IMG/VR virus record: IMGVR_UViG_3300043436_004687
Location: 275,636 to 339,635 of that record
DNA length: 64,000 bases
Direction: 5' to 3' (one strand)
The notes under the pieces are model-generated. The model did not search any database. It was given only the letters and a program-made list of their open reading frames with translations, and was not told where the DNA came from. A program made the translations under genes and the position numbers. Shown here piece after piece: positions 43,949 to 55,802 of the stretch; the stretch's first letter is position 1; each line of letters opens with the position of its first letter.

Positions 43949-44281
43949 TTAATTTTCTTGTTGATTATACCATTTTATAAAATCTAAACAACCACTATAA
44001 ACATATTCTTTACCTTCTAAAATGCTCATATCAAAGATAGTTTTATTATTTCTTTGCCAATGTAGTAATTTAGATTTAAAATCTCCTTTTGCTTTTTGGT
44101 CTATTTCTCTTACTTTTTTCACCACTTCCATCAGCCAATTCCAGTCTTTGTGAAATCTTAATTCACTATCATTAAACCAAATTTGACCATTATATTCAAG
44201 ATTTTTAAAAGCATATAAAAGTTTACTAGCTTTACCAGTTCTTCCTAAGAATTCAGCAAATAATTTATTATTTTCAATCAT
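43949..44281 (-). CDS. paralog family 4 protein
   Basis: NKLFAEFLG...FHKDWNWLMEVVKKV. Confidence 0.75.
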   Translation of the reverse strand: MIENNKLFAEFLGRTGKASKLLYAFKNLEYNGQIWFNDSELRFHKDWNWLMEVVKKVREIDQKAKGDFKSKLLHWQRNNKTIFDMSILEGKEYVYSGCLDFIKWYNQQEN

Positions 44282-44322
44282 AATTATATTTTTTTATTTG
44301 CACAAAAGTACAAATTAATTAT

Positions 44323-44679
44323 TTATTTTCCAAGTTTTTCAACATAAATTCTACCCAAATCACTTAAATTACTAGAATAAGCAATTTTATTAAAATGTTT
44401 TTTCATTTCATTATGAACCCTTTTTGCAAAACCTAATCTGCGATATTCATTTAATGTAATGACATTCATAGCGATTGCAATATTGTTAGAATCTACCATC
44501 ATGTGCAAACCCGAAACCGCAATATCATTTTCATAAAAAATAAATCTATAAGACCCAAATTTATCTTTAAAGCATTTTATATTAGAATCGAATGTTTTTA
44601 TTTGTCTTTCATTTTCAGTATAAGGATATTCATTTTTATCAAACAAAATAGATTCAAAACCAACTGATTTAAATTCCAT
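44323..44679 (-). CDS. GNAT acetyltransferase-like protein
   Basis: VITLNEYRRLGFAK acetyl-CoA-binding motif A. Confidence 0.65.
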   Translation of the reverse strand: MEFKSVGFESILFDKNEYPYTENERQIKTFDSNIKCFKDKFGSYRFIFYENDIAVSGLHMMVDSNNIAIAMNVITLNEYRRLGFAKRVHNEMKKHFNKIAYSSNLSDLGRIYVEKLGK

Positions 44680-45460
44680 ATAATTTATCTTTTTAATATT
44701 ACATTACAAAGATATTAAATAATATTTTAATATCCTAATTTAATCGTTAGGATTTTCAATTGAGAATAAAATATTATTTATTGCAGAAAACAACCCATTA
44801 ATATCTCTAATAAATGTTATATTTTCAATCTTACTTTCACCCTCACCAATTAATTCATTTTCATAATATTGGTTACACTTTCTACTGAAGATTAATTCTT
44901 TTTTAGAATAAACTTTCATTTTATATAATTCCCCTTTAGGGGTGAATTCAACTACTAACTCCAAGTTCATTAAATTAGTAGTATTATATAAATTTAAAAC
45001 TACTTTTCGATAATCTTTGTTTACTTTTAGAATATTAAAAGCATCCATTTCATCATCAATAATATTAAAATCAAAACTAGTAAATTCTTTAGTTAAAATA
45101 TCATCTGAAATTAATTTTATAATACTTCTGTCACAAGTAGATTTTGAATAATTGTCAACCAAAATTTGAATTTTAGAATCCAAATCTTTAGTTCTAAAAT
45201 TCAATTCATTTTCCATCAATCTACTAGAAATACTTGACATGGGTAAAATTGCACCATAATCATCATTATTGTTTTTATTATTAACATAATGTTCAGTTTG
45301 TGTGATTGCATCAGCTAATGTATAATTAAAGTGATAACTATCAAAACGTTTATGTTTATCGGGGTTCAAGGATTCTTTTTTTTCAATTTCGTTAGCAGTT
45401 TCTAAAAAATCACTAATAAATTTGTTTGTTAATTCTAATAATTTTGGTGATACTTTCATT

Positions 45461-45910
45461 TTATTTATTTTGTTCGTTATACCATTTGATAAACTCTACA
45501 CAACCATTGTAAAAAGCTTCAATTTTATTTGTTTTTCCCCCATAACTATCAATCGTTATATCTGCGCCACTATAAGAAGTACTTCCTATTTCTATATTGC
45601 AATACATAAGACCTTCTTTTTGATTACTTTTTTGAGAAAGCATTTCAAATCTAAAATCCAAACTTTCAATCTTTTCTACTACTTCCATTAACAAATTCCA
45701 ATCATTTTGAAAATTACAACTATTATAAACATTTTCTTCTACTCGTTGTCTATCACTTGAACCACAAGACCAACCCTTGTGATTTGTGCCTTTGTAATAA
45801 GGTTGATTTACTTCTTCCCATATCTCGATTTTAGCACCCATAAACTCTGCTATTAAACGATTAGTTTCACTTTTATTGTTTTGCGCTATCGCTTCATTTG
45901 TTGTATTCAT
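45461..45910 (-). CDS. paralog family 4 protein
   Basis: NRLIAEFMG...FQNDWNLLMEVVEKIESL. Confidence 0.75.
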   Translation of the reverse strand: MNTTNEAIAQNNKSETNRLIAEFMGAKIEIWEEVNQPYYKGTNHKGWSCGSSDRQRVEENVYNSCNFQNDWNLLMEVVEKIESLDFRFEMLSQKSNQKEGLMYCNIEIGSTSYSGADITIDSYGGKTNKIEAFYNGCVEFIKWYNEQNK

Positions 45911-46024
45911 AATGTTTTTTAATTTGTTGATACAAAGATATAAAATAATATTTTAATAAACAAATAAAAAAGCAACTATTTTTCAAGTTGCTTTTAATTC
46001 CCTCTAATATTCTAAATATTTTAA

Positions 46025-46189
46025 CTACAATTCAATTCCAACTAATTCTAAAGCCATTTCAAGCGATTTTTGATTAGTTTTGTAGTTAGTCCCCACCATA
46101 ATACTTTCAAGTCTTCCATTGTCTCTTGTTGGCGCTTGTTTCTCGTGTGTAGTCCAAGAAGTAACGCCCGAATGTAAACCCCATAAATT
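46025..46189 (-). pseudogene. orphaned 3' end of the DUF932 gene
   Basis: Startless frame NLWGLHSGVTSWTTHEKQAPTRDNGRLESIMVGTNYKTNQKSLEMALELVGIEL*, homologous to the C-terminus of 47036..48007. Confidence 0.9.
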
Positions 46190-46232
46190 GACTTTCCAAA
46201 AATAATTTTATATTTATTATTAAAATAGTTTT

Positions 46233-47057
46233 ATGGAAATAAAAATTTATGGGTTAGTTGACCCAAAAAACAATCAGATTAGATATATAGGTAAAACACA
46301 ACAACCATTAAAAAGAAGATTAACTCAACATATTTATGATAATGGTTTAAGCAATAAATATAAATATAATTGGATAAATAAATTAAAAAATGAAGGTTTA
46401 AAACCACAAATAATAGAACTAGAAACTTGTAATGAGGAAAATTGGGTTGAACGAGAAAAATTCCATATTAAAAATAATAATAATTTGACTAATTTAACAG
46501 ATGGTGGGGAAAGTGGTTTATTTTTTACTAAAGAAATTATAAAAAAAATATCAGATGGTTTAAAAAAGAAATGGTTGGAAGAAGGATTTAAAGAAAGTTT
46601 TTCATTGAGAATGAAAGAATATTGGTCTGACCCACTAAATAGGGAAGAATCATCAAAAAGAATGACTGGTAAAAAAATGCCACTTAGTCACGAAATAAAA
46701 CAAAGAAATAGAAAACTAAATGAATGGAAAGAAAATAAATATAAAGAAAAAATGTCAATTCAAAGTAAAAAATTATGGGAAGATAAAGAATATATTGATA
46801 AAACATTAAAATTTTTAAAATCTGATGAGCATAAAAAAATGGTAAGTGATAGATTTAAAAATTGTAAATTAAGTGAAGAACATAAGAAGAAAATGTCAAT
46901 TTCATCTAAAAATAAAAAACCAGTTATTATTGATGGAGTTGAATTTGAAAGTATTACTGAAGCATCTAAGCTTATCCCAATAAATAGAGATAAGCTTAAA
47001 GTTAGAATTAAATCAAAACATTTTGTGAATTATAATTACAAAGAAACACCACAATAA
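46233..47057 (+). CDS. GIY-YIG homing endonuclease with NUMOD3-like repeats
   Basis: KIYGLVDP...RYIGKT...R..QH, E, N.TDGGE; LSEEHKKKMS; C-terminal FESITEAS HTH-like tail. Confidence 0.9.
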   Translation: MEIKIYGLVDPKNNQIRYIGKTQQPLKRRLTQHIYDNGLSNKYKYNWINKLKNEGLKPQIIELETCNEENWVEREKFHIKNNNNLTNLTDGGESGLFFTKEIIKKISDGLKKKWLEEGFKESFSLRMKEYWSDPLNREESSKRMTGKKMPLSHEIKQRNRKLNEWKENKYKEKMSIQSKKLWEDKEYIDKTLKFLKSDEHKKMVSDRFKNCKLSEEHKKKMSISSKNKKPVIIDGVEFESITEASKLIPINRDKLKVRIKSKHFVNYNYKETPQ

Positions 47058-48007
47058 TCTAACATTAATTCTAATGCTTTTTGATTGGTTTTGTAGTTAG
47101 TTCCCACCATAACACTCTCTAATCTTCCATTTTCTCGTGTAGGAGCTTGTTTCTCGTGTGTAGTCCAAGAAGTACAACCACTAAATAAACCCCAACATGT
47201 ATCTCCCTTCTGTTTGGTTTCTTTTTCAATGTGAGAATAAAGGTTTTCCATGTTACTAATAGCTTTTTGACCAATTAATTTCACAGATTTTTTTGTATCA
47301 ACCTTATTTCCCTCAACTTCAATTCTATTCAAACCAACCAATTCTTTTACAAAAGTTTCAACAAGTTCTTTGGTAACTGGTGTTTTTTCAAATTGTTTGT
47401 AAGCATTGATTAATTTCATTTGTTCAGCCAATGCAAAGGTAATCAAATTTGGCAATTCTTTGATTTTTTCATCCATAGAATTACTATGGCGCATTTTCAT
47501 TTCACCAGCTTTATAAAATCTAAAGAATTGATTTTGACAAGACATAGTAAAATCATTCACACCTACACTCAATCCAGTAGTACCATCATTTGAATCAATG
47601 ATTGTAATGTATTTTTTGATTGTATCTTTACCTACTTTTTCAACACCCTTCACTTCTAATTGGATATATACTTTTCGCCCACTATGTAATGCACCCGCTT
47701 TGTACACACTAAGTTGACCAAATCCCGCAATACCTCTTAAAGCTAATTCAACAACTTCTCTATTTTGAGAGGGTCTATAAGAACTTTTAACGGTATTTAA
47801 ACATTCTTTAGTATCATCTCTGAATAAACCAAAATCAGTTGTACCATAATGGAATAAACCACCATCTTCTGTTTTATGCTCACCCAATAATGGCAATTTA
47901 AGAATTTCAAAATTCAAACCATATTGGTCAAGGATTTGTGTTGTAACATCTGATATTTCAGATTGCGTTGCTTCTAATTCTAATACGTGTGTTTGCTTTT
48001 TATTCAT
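47036..48007 (-). CDS. DUF932 / phage-plasmid protein
   Basis: FRDDT...Y.P.QN.E, GALHSGRKVYI, SNDGT, CQNQF, MRHS motifs. Confidence 0.8.
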   Translation of the reverse strand: MNKKQTHVLELEATQSEISDVTTQILDQYGLNFEILKLPLLGEHKTEDGGLFHYGTTDFGLFRDDTKECLNTVKSSYRPSQNREVVELALRGIAGFGQLSVYKAGALHSGRKVYIQLEVKGVEKVGKDTIKKYITIIDSNDGTTGLSVGVNDFTMSCQNQFFRFYKAGEMKMRHSNSMDEKIKELPNLITFALAEQMKLINAYKQFEKTPVTKELVETFVKELVGLNRIEVEGNKVDTKKSVKLIGQKAISNMENLYSHIEKETKQKGDTCWGLFSGCTSWTTHEKQAPTRENGRLESVMVGTNYKTNQKALELMLDYCGVSL

Positions 48008-49707
48008 AACTATATTTTAATTGTTGATTAATTATTTCGTTAGCAAAGATATAAAATTATATTTTAATATCCAAATTTATATTTCATTAATTGATTGATT
48101 TTTTCTAATTTCAAAATCATTTAAAAAAATGATTTGTTTTTCAGTTATTCCATGTGTAGTTAAATCTCCAAAATTTTCGTGCATCGGTACAATCTTAGTT
48201 ACCTTAACTTCAAAAAATTCATTATCATCATCTTCATCACTAGGAATATTTATAACAACACCCTCATGGTTATGGTCTGTAAACTCCCCCATAATTGCAA
48301 ATTCTATTTTAGCACCTATTTCCATAAATTAATATTTTAATTTGTTGATACAAAGATATAAATTAATATTTTAATATCCTAATTTCTAGCAATAAATTTA
48401 TTTAATTTTGATAATTCATCTCTAATATGTAAATTATCACTTATATTATCTTGATTTAATTGAGTAATATCATATTTCATTAAGAATTCAGAAATATATT
48501 TTAAGGTCTCTTTAATGGCGAATTTAGTACCGCCATTTTGAGAGGGTAAAAAAATTAGATTATTGAATAAAGCTGTTACATAATTACAAGAACCAATTTT
48601 ACAAGTTTCAACAATAATATTGTTTTCGTCCTTATAAACATTTGCACACATTTTATGGAATGTACTAGATTCTAAACCAATTGTTATTTTATTCATTACA
48701 AACCTTTTTAAAATTTTCGATTTGAGTTACCGATAATTCATTGGTTTCACCATCTTCAAATTCATTATGAAATTGATTGTCATTGGTTTTATCAATACAA
48801 TTTATTGTGATTATACCACTATTTTTTGCTGAATCTTCGGCATTTAAAAGAGCATCACAAACGAATTCACAAATTGCTTTTACTTTATTCTCTTCTAAGT
48901 TAGCAATATCTAATATAAATCTAGCCATGTTTTTAGTATTTAGCGGTTAAAGTAAGGTTAAAATCAATAGTATCTTTACTACCATCTTCATCAACAACAT
49001 CAACTGAAAACATCATTTGATATTCGTTATTATTTTTTTCATCAAGTTTTTTGATTTTAACATCTTGAGCATTCAAATCTTCTGAAATGGCTTGAATTAC
49101 CTTATCGGTAACATCTTCACCATTTTTGCCCTCGATAATTGCAGTAATTTTACCTTCTCTCTCATCACTCAATACATAAGAAAGTAACGTTGTTTTAAAT
49201 GATTGTAAGATTATTTTTTTCATAATTTTGATATGTTTTAATTATTATGATACAAAGATATAAATTAATATTTTAATATCCTAATAAAAAATGTTAAAAT
49301 TTAGATTCTAAAAACAAATGGATTTAAGTTTAATTGTTGATTATTATATGCTAAATGATTTTTTCTCCAATCATTATCAGTTTCTTTTTTTGGGAGTGAA
49401 AACCCTTTGCTTTTAAACCAAATAAATAAAATTGATTTAGCTTCTCTTAATGTTTTACATTCAGTTGTTAAACAACGTTGAGTATCACTTCCCCAACCCC
49501 ATTGAATATCAATAGCAAATGTATCACCACAACTTCTTATTTCACCTAATAATCCGTTGCTTCTAAAAATACAACGTATTTTAATTTTTTTGGTTTCGTG
49601 ATGTCTAAATTTAGCCATCCAACTAACAACAACACCATTTTGATAAAAATCCATAATTGAATAATTTTTATCGGGTAAATCACCTCTATATATTACTGCC
49701 ATATCTA

Positions 49708-50238
49708 TTATTGTTTATTTTCTAATTCAAAATTATGTTCCTTAATAACGTTTTTAGGAAACAAATCACTAGGTAAATTTGTATTTAAAATGTTTTTGTT
49801 TTCAGATAACAACTTAGCAATAGCATTTTTTAAATATTCTTGACCTTTTAATGATTTACATAAATCAGCAATTGTATAATTTCTTACTGAATGAAGTACA
49901 TATTGATTTTTATCACCAACACAAATTCCTTTAGCCATATTAGAAATAAGTTTTTTCTCTGATTTTGCTTGTAACCAATCTTCAAAAAGTAAATCTACTT
50001 TGTATTCAAGATTCATTTTGAAACCATGTTCATCGGGTAATGTTTTACAATATGCTTCAGCTTCTTTTAATGTTAATCTATCTAAAGCACAATATGGGCT
50101 AATGTTAGTTTGACCACCCTCACCACTATTTTCAACATAAGCCACTTTTTTACCATCAATGTATAAATCAGCCACAAAACAATTAGTCTCTTTTGATTGT
50201 CTTTCTGAAAATTTAATATTCTTTAATTCTAGTTTCAT
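49708..50238 (-). CDS. conserved phage protein (S.ET.CF.ADLY.DGK...N.G.GG motif)
   Basis: Recognisable motif, function unknown. Confidence 0.6.
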   Translation of the reverse strand: MKLELKNIKFSERQSKETNCFVADLYIDGKKVAYVENSGEGGQTNISPYCALDRLTLKEAEAYCKTLPDEHGFKMNLEYKVDLLFEDWLQAKSEKKLISNMAKGICVGDKNQYVLHSVRNYTIADLCKSLKGQEYLKNAIAKLLSENKNILNTNLPSDLFPKNVIKEHNFELENKQ

Positions 50239-51853
50239 AATACTACATGTTTTAATTTCTTTAGCAAAGATATAAAATAATATTTACATATGCAAATAAA
50301 AAATCCATTATTTTCATAATGGATTCATTTAAAATTGAAATAAGGTGTTTTTATTTGTCAAGTGGTGCAATTTCAACTGCAAATATAAAATCATTGGAAA
50401 GATTATCTAACACTTGGTCGTTTACTGCTTGTGTAAACTCATTCAATTGATAAATTAGAATTTGCTCCTCATCTAATTCATTTGGTTCGCCAATTTTATT
50501 GATAATTGCATCTTTTAATTCTTTAGTGCTTTTAAATTTTTGACCTTCTAATAAATTAGTTAAATCTTGTGAACCATAACCTGCTGAAACTAATACGATG
50601 TGAATGTTTTTCATAATATTTTTATTTTTAAATGATTAATTATAGTACAAAGATATAAAATAATATCTTATAAATCTAATAAAAAATGTTAAATTTTTAA
50701 TCAATTAATGATAAATCAAAATTGGTTGATTTAATTTTATAACATCTTTTCCAAAACCCAGTAACCGCATCAATTATATTAGGATTTCTTACCCTATCAT
50801 TTTTATTGATTTCATATTTAACATTTTCAGAGTCACAAATTTGAACATCTGCAATACCACAGAAAAAGAAAATATACTTATCACCAATTTCAATTGGATG
50901 GGTATTTGGATAACATTCAAAGTTAAACTCATCATTAAACCCTTCTATTTTAGTTTTAAAATTCTCCATTATAGATTTTGTAAATAATTTATCTGCTCTT
51001 CGGTATCCATTAATTCTTTATTTAAAGAATCTAAATCACCATCACCTAATTCTTCGGGGTTGTATGTATAATACTCAACTCTTGTTTGAAAAACTTGAAG
51101 TTTAAATTCCAATAATTCAATTAATTCTGAATTATCTATAATTGATTCACCTTTTAAATTTGGATTTTTTCTAAAATTTACCATAACTATATATTTTTTG
51201 GTTTAAAATTTTTAATGAACACATCTAAGCTATTACCCCTACAAATATCAAAACCATCCTTAGCTTGATTATTTTTACTAGTGGCATATACAAACAAAGC
51301 AAAATAAGTTTCGTGATTTAATTTAGTTCTCCAATCTTCTAATTGTCTTGTTTGAATTTTTATTCCTTCTTCAACTGATAATACCATAATTTCTAAGTGT
51401 TTTAATTTTCTTTTACAAAGATATAAAATAATATTTTAATATGCAAACATTTGGATCGAAAATATTAATTTTTATTCAAATAACTAATTTTAGCTTCTAT
51501 TAACAAATTTATTACAGATTCACTTCCCATTATATCTTTACCATCAAAAATAGGAATATCTAAAGCTGAAATGTTAGCAATAAATTTATTATTTGAATAC
51601 AATTCATTAATATAGGATTGTACAATATCGTCTTTAACATGTTTTGGCACATCTAAAACGCTTCTTACTTGGGAATTCTCATCGTTAAAAACATTCCAAA
51701 TATAATATGTGGATTTAACGCATCTATGGTAAATTGAAACCTTTGGTAATTTACCATACCAAATAATAAGAAATAAATCTAAAAAACTTAAAGTAATAAA
51801 AGTTAAAAGATTTGAAATGAGCATGAATATTTTTTTCATAAGTAAATATTTTT

Positions 51854-52390
51854 TTAATCTTCGTAATCTTTAAACCAAAAAGTACAAACGTCTCTAGGTT
51901 CTTCTTGATTTTCATAATCGTTTTTATTTTCCCAAAGGTTTAAAATAAACCCTAAATTATCTTCGCTTTTTTTGAATTCAAAAACTGGATTCTCATATAC
52001 TATTTCAATAATATCTTCTCTCATTTCTTGTGTGATAGAATCTTCATTCATCAAGAAATCATCTAAGATATTTGAATCAGTAATCAAATCATAAGTACCC
52101 TCATATCTAAACTCTTCTTGACCAGTTTCCCACTCATTTTCAGTTATGATATAACCAATTCTATTCATTAGGTGATAACCCGAACTACAAAACATATCCC
52201 CATCATTCTCGATGATTGTCCAAACCCTCTTAGGGTCTTTATTAACAACACTTAAAACATATTGAATTTCATCACCAAAAGTTTCTAACATTGTTCCACT
52301 AAAAGAAGCGTTTTTATCTAATGGATTTTGAATTGGTTTGAATAATTCATCAAATGTATCTTCAGTTAAAATTACTTGATTTGTTTTCAT
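51854..52390 (-). CDS. conserved phage protein (VWT...G.H..NRIGY motif)
   Basis: Own promoter at ~52418; common phage motif. Confidence 0.6.
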   Translation of the reverse strand: MKTNQVILTEDTFDELFKPIQNPLDKNASFSGTMLETFGDEIQYVLSVVNKDPKRVWTIIENDGDMFCSSGYHLMNRIGYIITENEWETGQEEFRYEGTYDLITDSNILDDFLMNEDSITQEMREDIIEIVYENPVFEFKKSEDNLGFILNLWENKNDYENQEEPRDVCTFWFKDYED

Positions 52391-53834
52391 AATATTAATT
52401 TACTTTAATTATAGTACAAAGATATAAAATAATATTTTAATATGCAAATAAAAAAGCTATTATTTTCATAATAGCCTTAATTTTTATTTATAAACACCTA
52501 AATCAAATGTTTGATTTTCTCTTTCTTGAATGTCAGATAAATGTAATTCCACTTCAACATTTTGTGAATCTAACCAAGTTATTTTTTTAACTTGTAATTC
52601 ATCAAATGGTAAATTATGTTTTAAATAATAGTTATTTATTTTAATAAAATCACCATTTGTAGGTACTTTTGTAAAATTATTAGGGAATTTACCTTTAAAT
52701 TTATCAATGTTGGTTTTGAAAATTATATCCATAGTTATTAATTTAAATTGTTAATTTCATTTTCCATTAACTCTACTTCATTAAAAGTAGTTAATTTGGT
52801 ATCAAGGCAAAATAAACGCATAGCCAAATATCTAGTTGTTTGTATTTGAATAGTATCTTCCATATTTGAATTTACTACTATTTTATACTGCTCTTTCAAT
52901 CTGTTCAAATAAATATTTTCCTTAACTGGGTTTTCCCTGTTTGGAACACTTTCAATAGTAATTGGATTATTTGAAAGGCATTTTTGACAATTATTACAGA
53001 CTATATTTGGTGGTGAAAACCCACCCGAAGGAACTTCTGCAATATTTTCAGAATCACAACAATCACATTTATAATAATAGGTTTTAAATCCGTTATTATA
53101 AATCTTTCTTTCAATTTTTGGTGTAACTCTAATTTTTAACCCATCTACTTCAAATGCTTCGTTTAATTGTTCACATTTCCAAATTGCTTCAATTTCTCTA
53201 CCAGTTAGACTAGTATAATTATAACTAACTGAATCTTTATAATACTTGTGACTTAATTCACTCTTATTATAAGAATCTTTCTCATTAAACCATTTTATCG
53301 CTTGTTCTCTTGACCCCATAATTACATTAATTTAATATTATATTGCATTCCCAAATAATTCTTTATTCTTCATTTTGAATCCAAAAAGAATAACACTCAT
53401 TAACAGAATCAAATCTTGTCTTCTCTATAAATTTATCTGTTCTACTTGATGGTGATAATTCATAGTGAAATTTACCATCTTTACCAAATACCAATTCGTG
53501 CATTTTTAGTACCCATTTTCTACTACCATCTATTTGGTCACGAGCCTCAATTACAATGGGTTTATTGTAAATAATGCAAACTCCCAAATCGAATTTTGTT
53601 GCTTTTTCAAGCCATTCTGTTTGATTCATAATTTAATTATTTTTATGTAATACCTAAAAATTCCTTCAATTCCCAAATTGATTTATCAACATGTTGTTCA
53701 TCATAAGTCCATTCACTTTCAATCAATGGATTATCATTCAATTGTTTTACCCAATCTTTTATTTGTTGTGTTACACTACCAAATAAAATTTGTTTAACTT
53801 CATAACCTTGTTTTACTATTGTTACTATCATAAT

Positions 53835-54347
53835 TTAATTATTTTTATATAATCTTTGTGAATTAAAATTTACTACTGCTGAATCCATCCTTTGATATTC
53901 AGATTTAACCTTTAATAAAATATCTTTACTATCCAAATATTTACCCATTATTTCAGCAAATTTTTTATTAGAATCTTCAATTTCGTTGAAAGTTAATCCA
54001 TAAACACCCTCATAATAAGCTTCATCAATTTCTGAAATAAACATACCAGTATAAAAACCCTTTAAATTGTATTTCTTTACAAATTCATCAGCATTACACC
54101 AAATTGCAACAACTTCCTTTTCTCTTAAAGTAGCTACATCATTAGAATCTATCATAAATTTTTTATGACCAAAAAGACCATGTTTTGTTCCATGACCCAA
54201 CATGATAATTCTATCATATTCTTTTAACAATTTTCTTTTTTTTGAATTGGGTAAATTTTCTTTTATAACCAAAAAATCTTTACCCTCATATATCTTTGAG
54301 AGAAAATCTGTTGTACTATCTTTTGGATGAATTACTAATGTTTTCAT
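53835..54347 (-). CDS. possible caspase/gingipain-fold (clan CD) protein
   Basis: IIMLGHG followed by VAIWC; likely start MKTLVIHP. Confidence 0.4.
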   Translation of the reverse strand: MKTLVIHPKDSTTDFLSKIYEGKDFLVIKENLPNSKKRKLLKEYDRIIMLGHGTKHGLFGHKKFMIDSNDVATLREKEVVAIWCNADEFVKKYNLKGFYTGMFISEIDEAYYEGVYGLTFNEIEDSNKKFAEIMGKYLDSKDILLKVKSEYQRMDSAVVNFNSQRLYKNN

Positions 54348-55096
54348 ATTAAAGTAAATTATATTTCTTAGCTTGTGAAATAGTGAAATAATAAATTTCA
54401 TTATCATTAATTTCACCACCCTCATTAATTGCCCATTCACTAGTGCCAGTTAAATCACAAAATTTCTCCCAACCTAGTTTACGCTTCAAAAAAGAATATG
54501 TAAAACTAAGTTTTTCTTCTTCATCCTTTATTGGGTATAAAGTTTTTATAAAGTCTTCAAAATCTAAAGGTTCTCTATCATTATGTGAAGTACTATGGTC
54601 AGAATACCAAACTTTATATTTTCCTTCTTCAAATGCTTTTCTTAAATCTTCTTTAGCATATAATTTTTTCATGTTGTTTTAATTTTATTTGACAAAGATA
54701 TAAAATAATATTTAGATATGCAAACTTTTTATTGAAAATTAAGAAAAAGTTAGTGAACTACTATTAACAATACGTTTATTAACTTCTTTAGTTGTTAAAT
54801 GAGTAGGAGTGTAATTTAAAACTCTATTTGTAAAAGGGCAATACTTTGAATAAAAATGTTTACTTTTATCAAACTTTTCTATTGCTTGAAAATCATGTGA
54901 ATAACCATTACTTTTATTCACTATAACATTATATTTTTCAAAATCTGTTTCCTCTATATCTGTTGATATTCCATCTATAAACACTCTCATATTATTCTTA
55001 TTTGATTAATAACATTGCAAAGATATTAATTTATTTTTTAATACGCAAATAAAAATATAAAATAATATTTGTTTTTTTAAAAAGTTTTATTTACCT

Positions 55097-55661
55097 TTGT
55101 CAAATATTAAAACAGATAAATTTATGAAAACATTTAAAAAAGTTGCAAAACATTTTAATTTAAATAAAATTTCTGATAATGAATATACACTACAAACAAA
55201 AGTAGGTACACTTCAAATTACGGATAGAAATGATTTAAGTTTTATACCAATGATGTTTCAAAATGATTTTAATTTGGATGAATTTCTAAAATTAACTCAC
55301 GATGATACAATTGGTAAGCATAGCCATAAATGGAATTTGCATAGTTCAGACAAACAATTTAATCTATCTCGTTTGATTTCAAGATTAGAATTTTTCACTA
55401 AACATAACTAATAATATGAAAGTATATAAACTAAGGTTTAATAGCTTTGCTAAATCAAATTCAAGATATTCTCAAGAATGGAAAGAATTAGTAGTTAAAA
55501 TTTATGCAAGGAATAAATTTGAATTGATAAGGACTTTTTTAATAGAAACTAAAAACATCAATTCAAATATAAAAACACAAAAACAATTGTGGGATGAAGT
55601 TAAACATAAAATAACTTATGAAGAATTAAAATTCCCAATTGTTGAGTATTTTAACCCTTAG
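55097..55661 (+). other. two plus-strand hypothetical CDSs (first probably starts at MKTFK, ~55123)
   Basis: Plus-strand promoter TTTG...TACCTTTG at ~55067-55099, divergent from the 54990 gene. Confidence 0.6.
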
Positions 55662-55802
55662 ATGAATTTTATTCCAACACAATATCAACAAGATTTATTA
55701 GATGGTCTTATATGTCCATATTGTAAGAATAAATCTGAATTCATTAATTCTTCTGAAATATATGGAGTTGATTATGGAATGATGTTTATATGTAAACCTT
55801 GA
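55662..55802 (+). pseudogene. truncated DUF3268-like zinc-finger gene
   Basis: MNFIPTQYQQDLLDGLICPYCKNKSEFINSSEIYGVDYGMMFICKP* stops inside the second CxxC. Confidence 0.6.
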
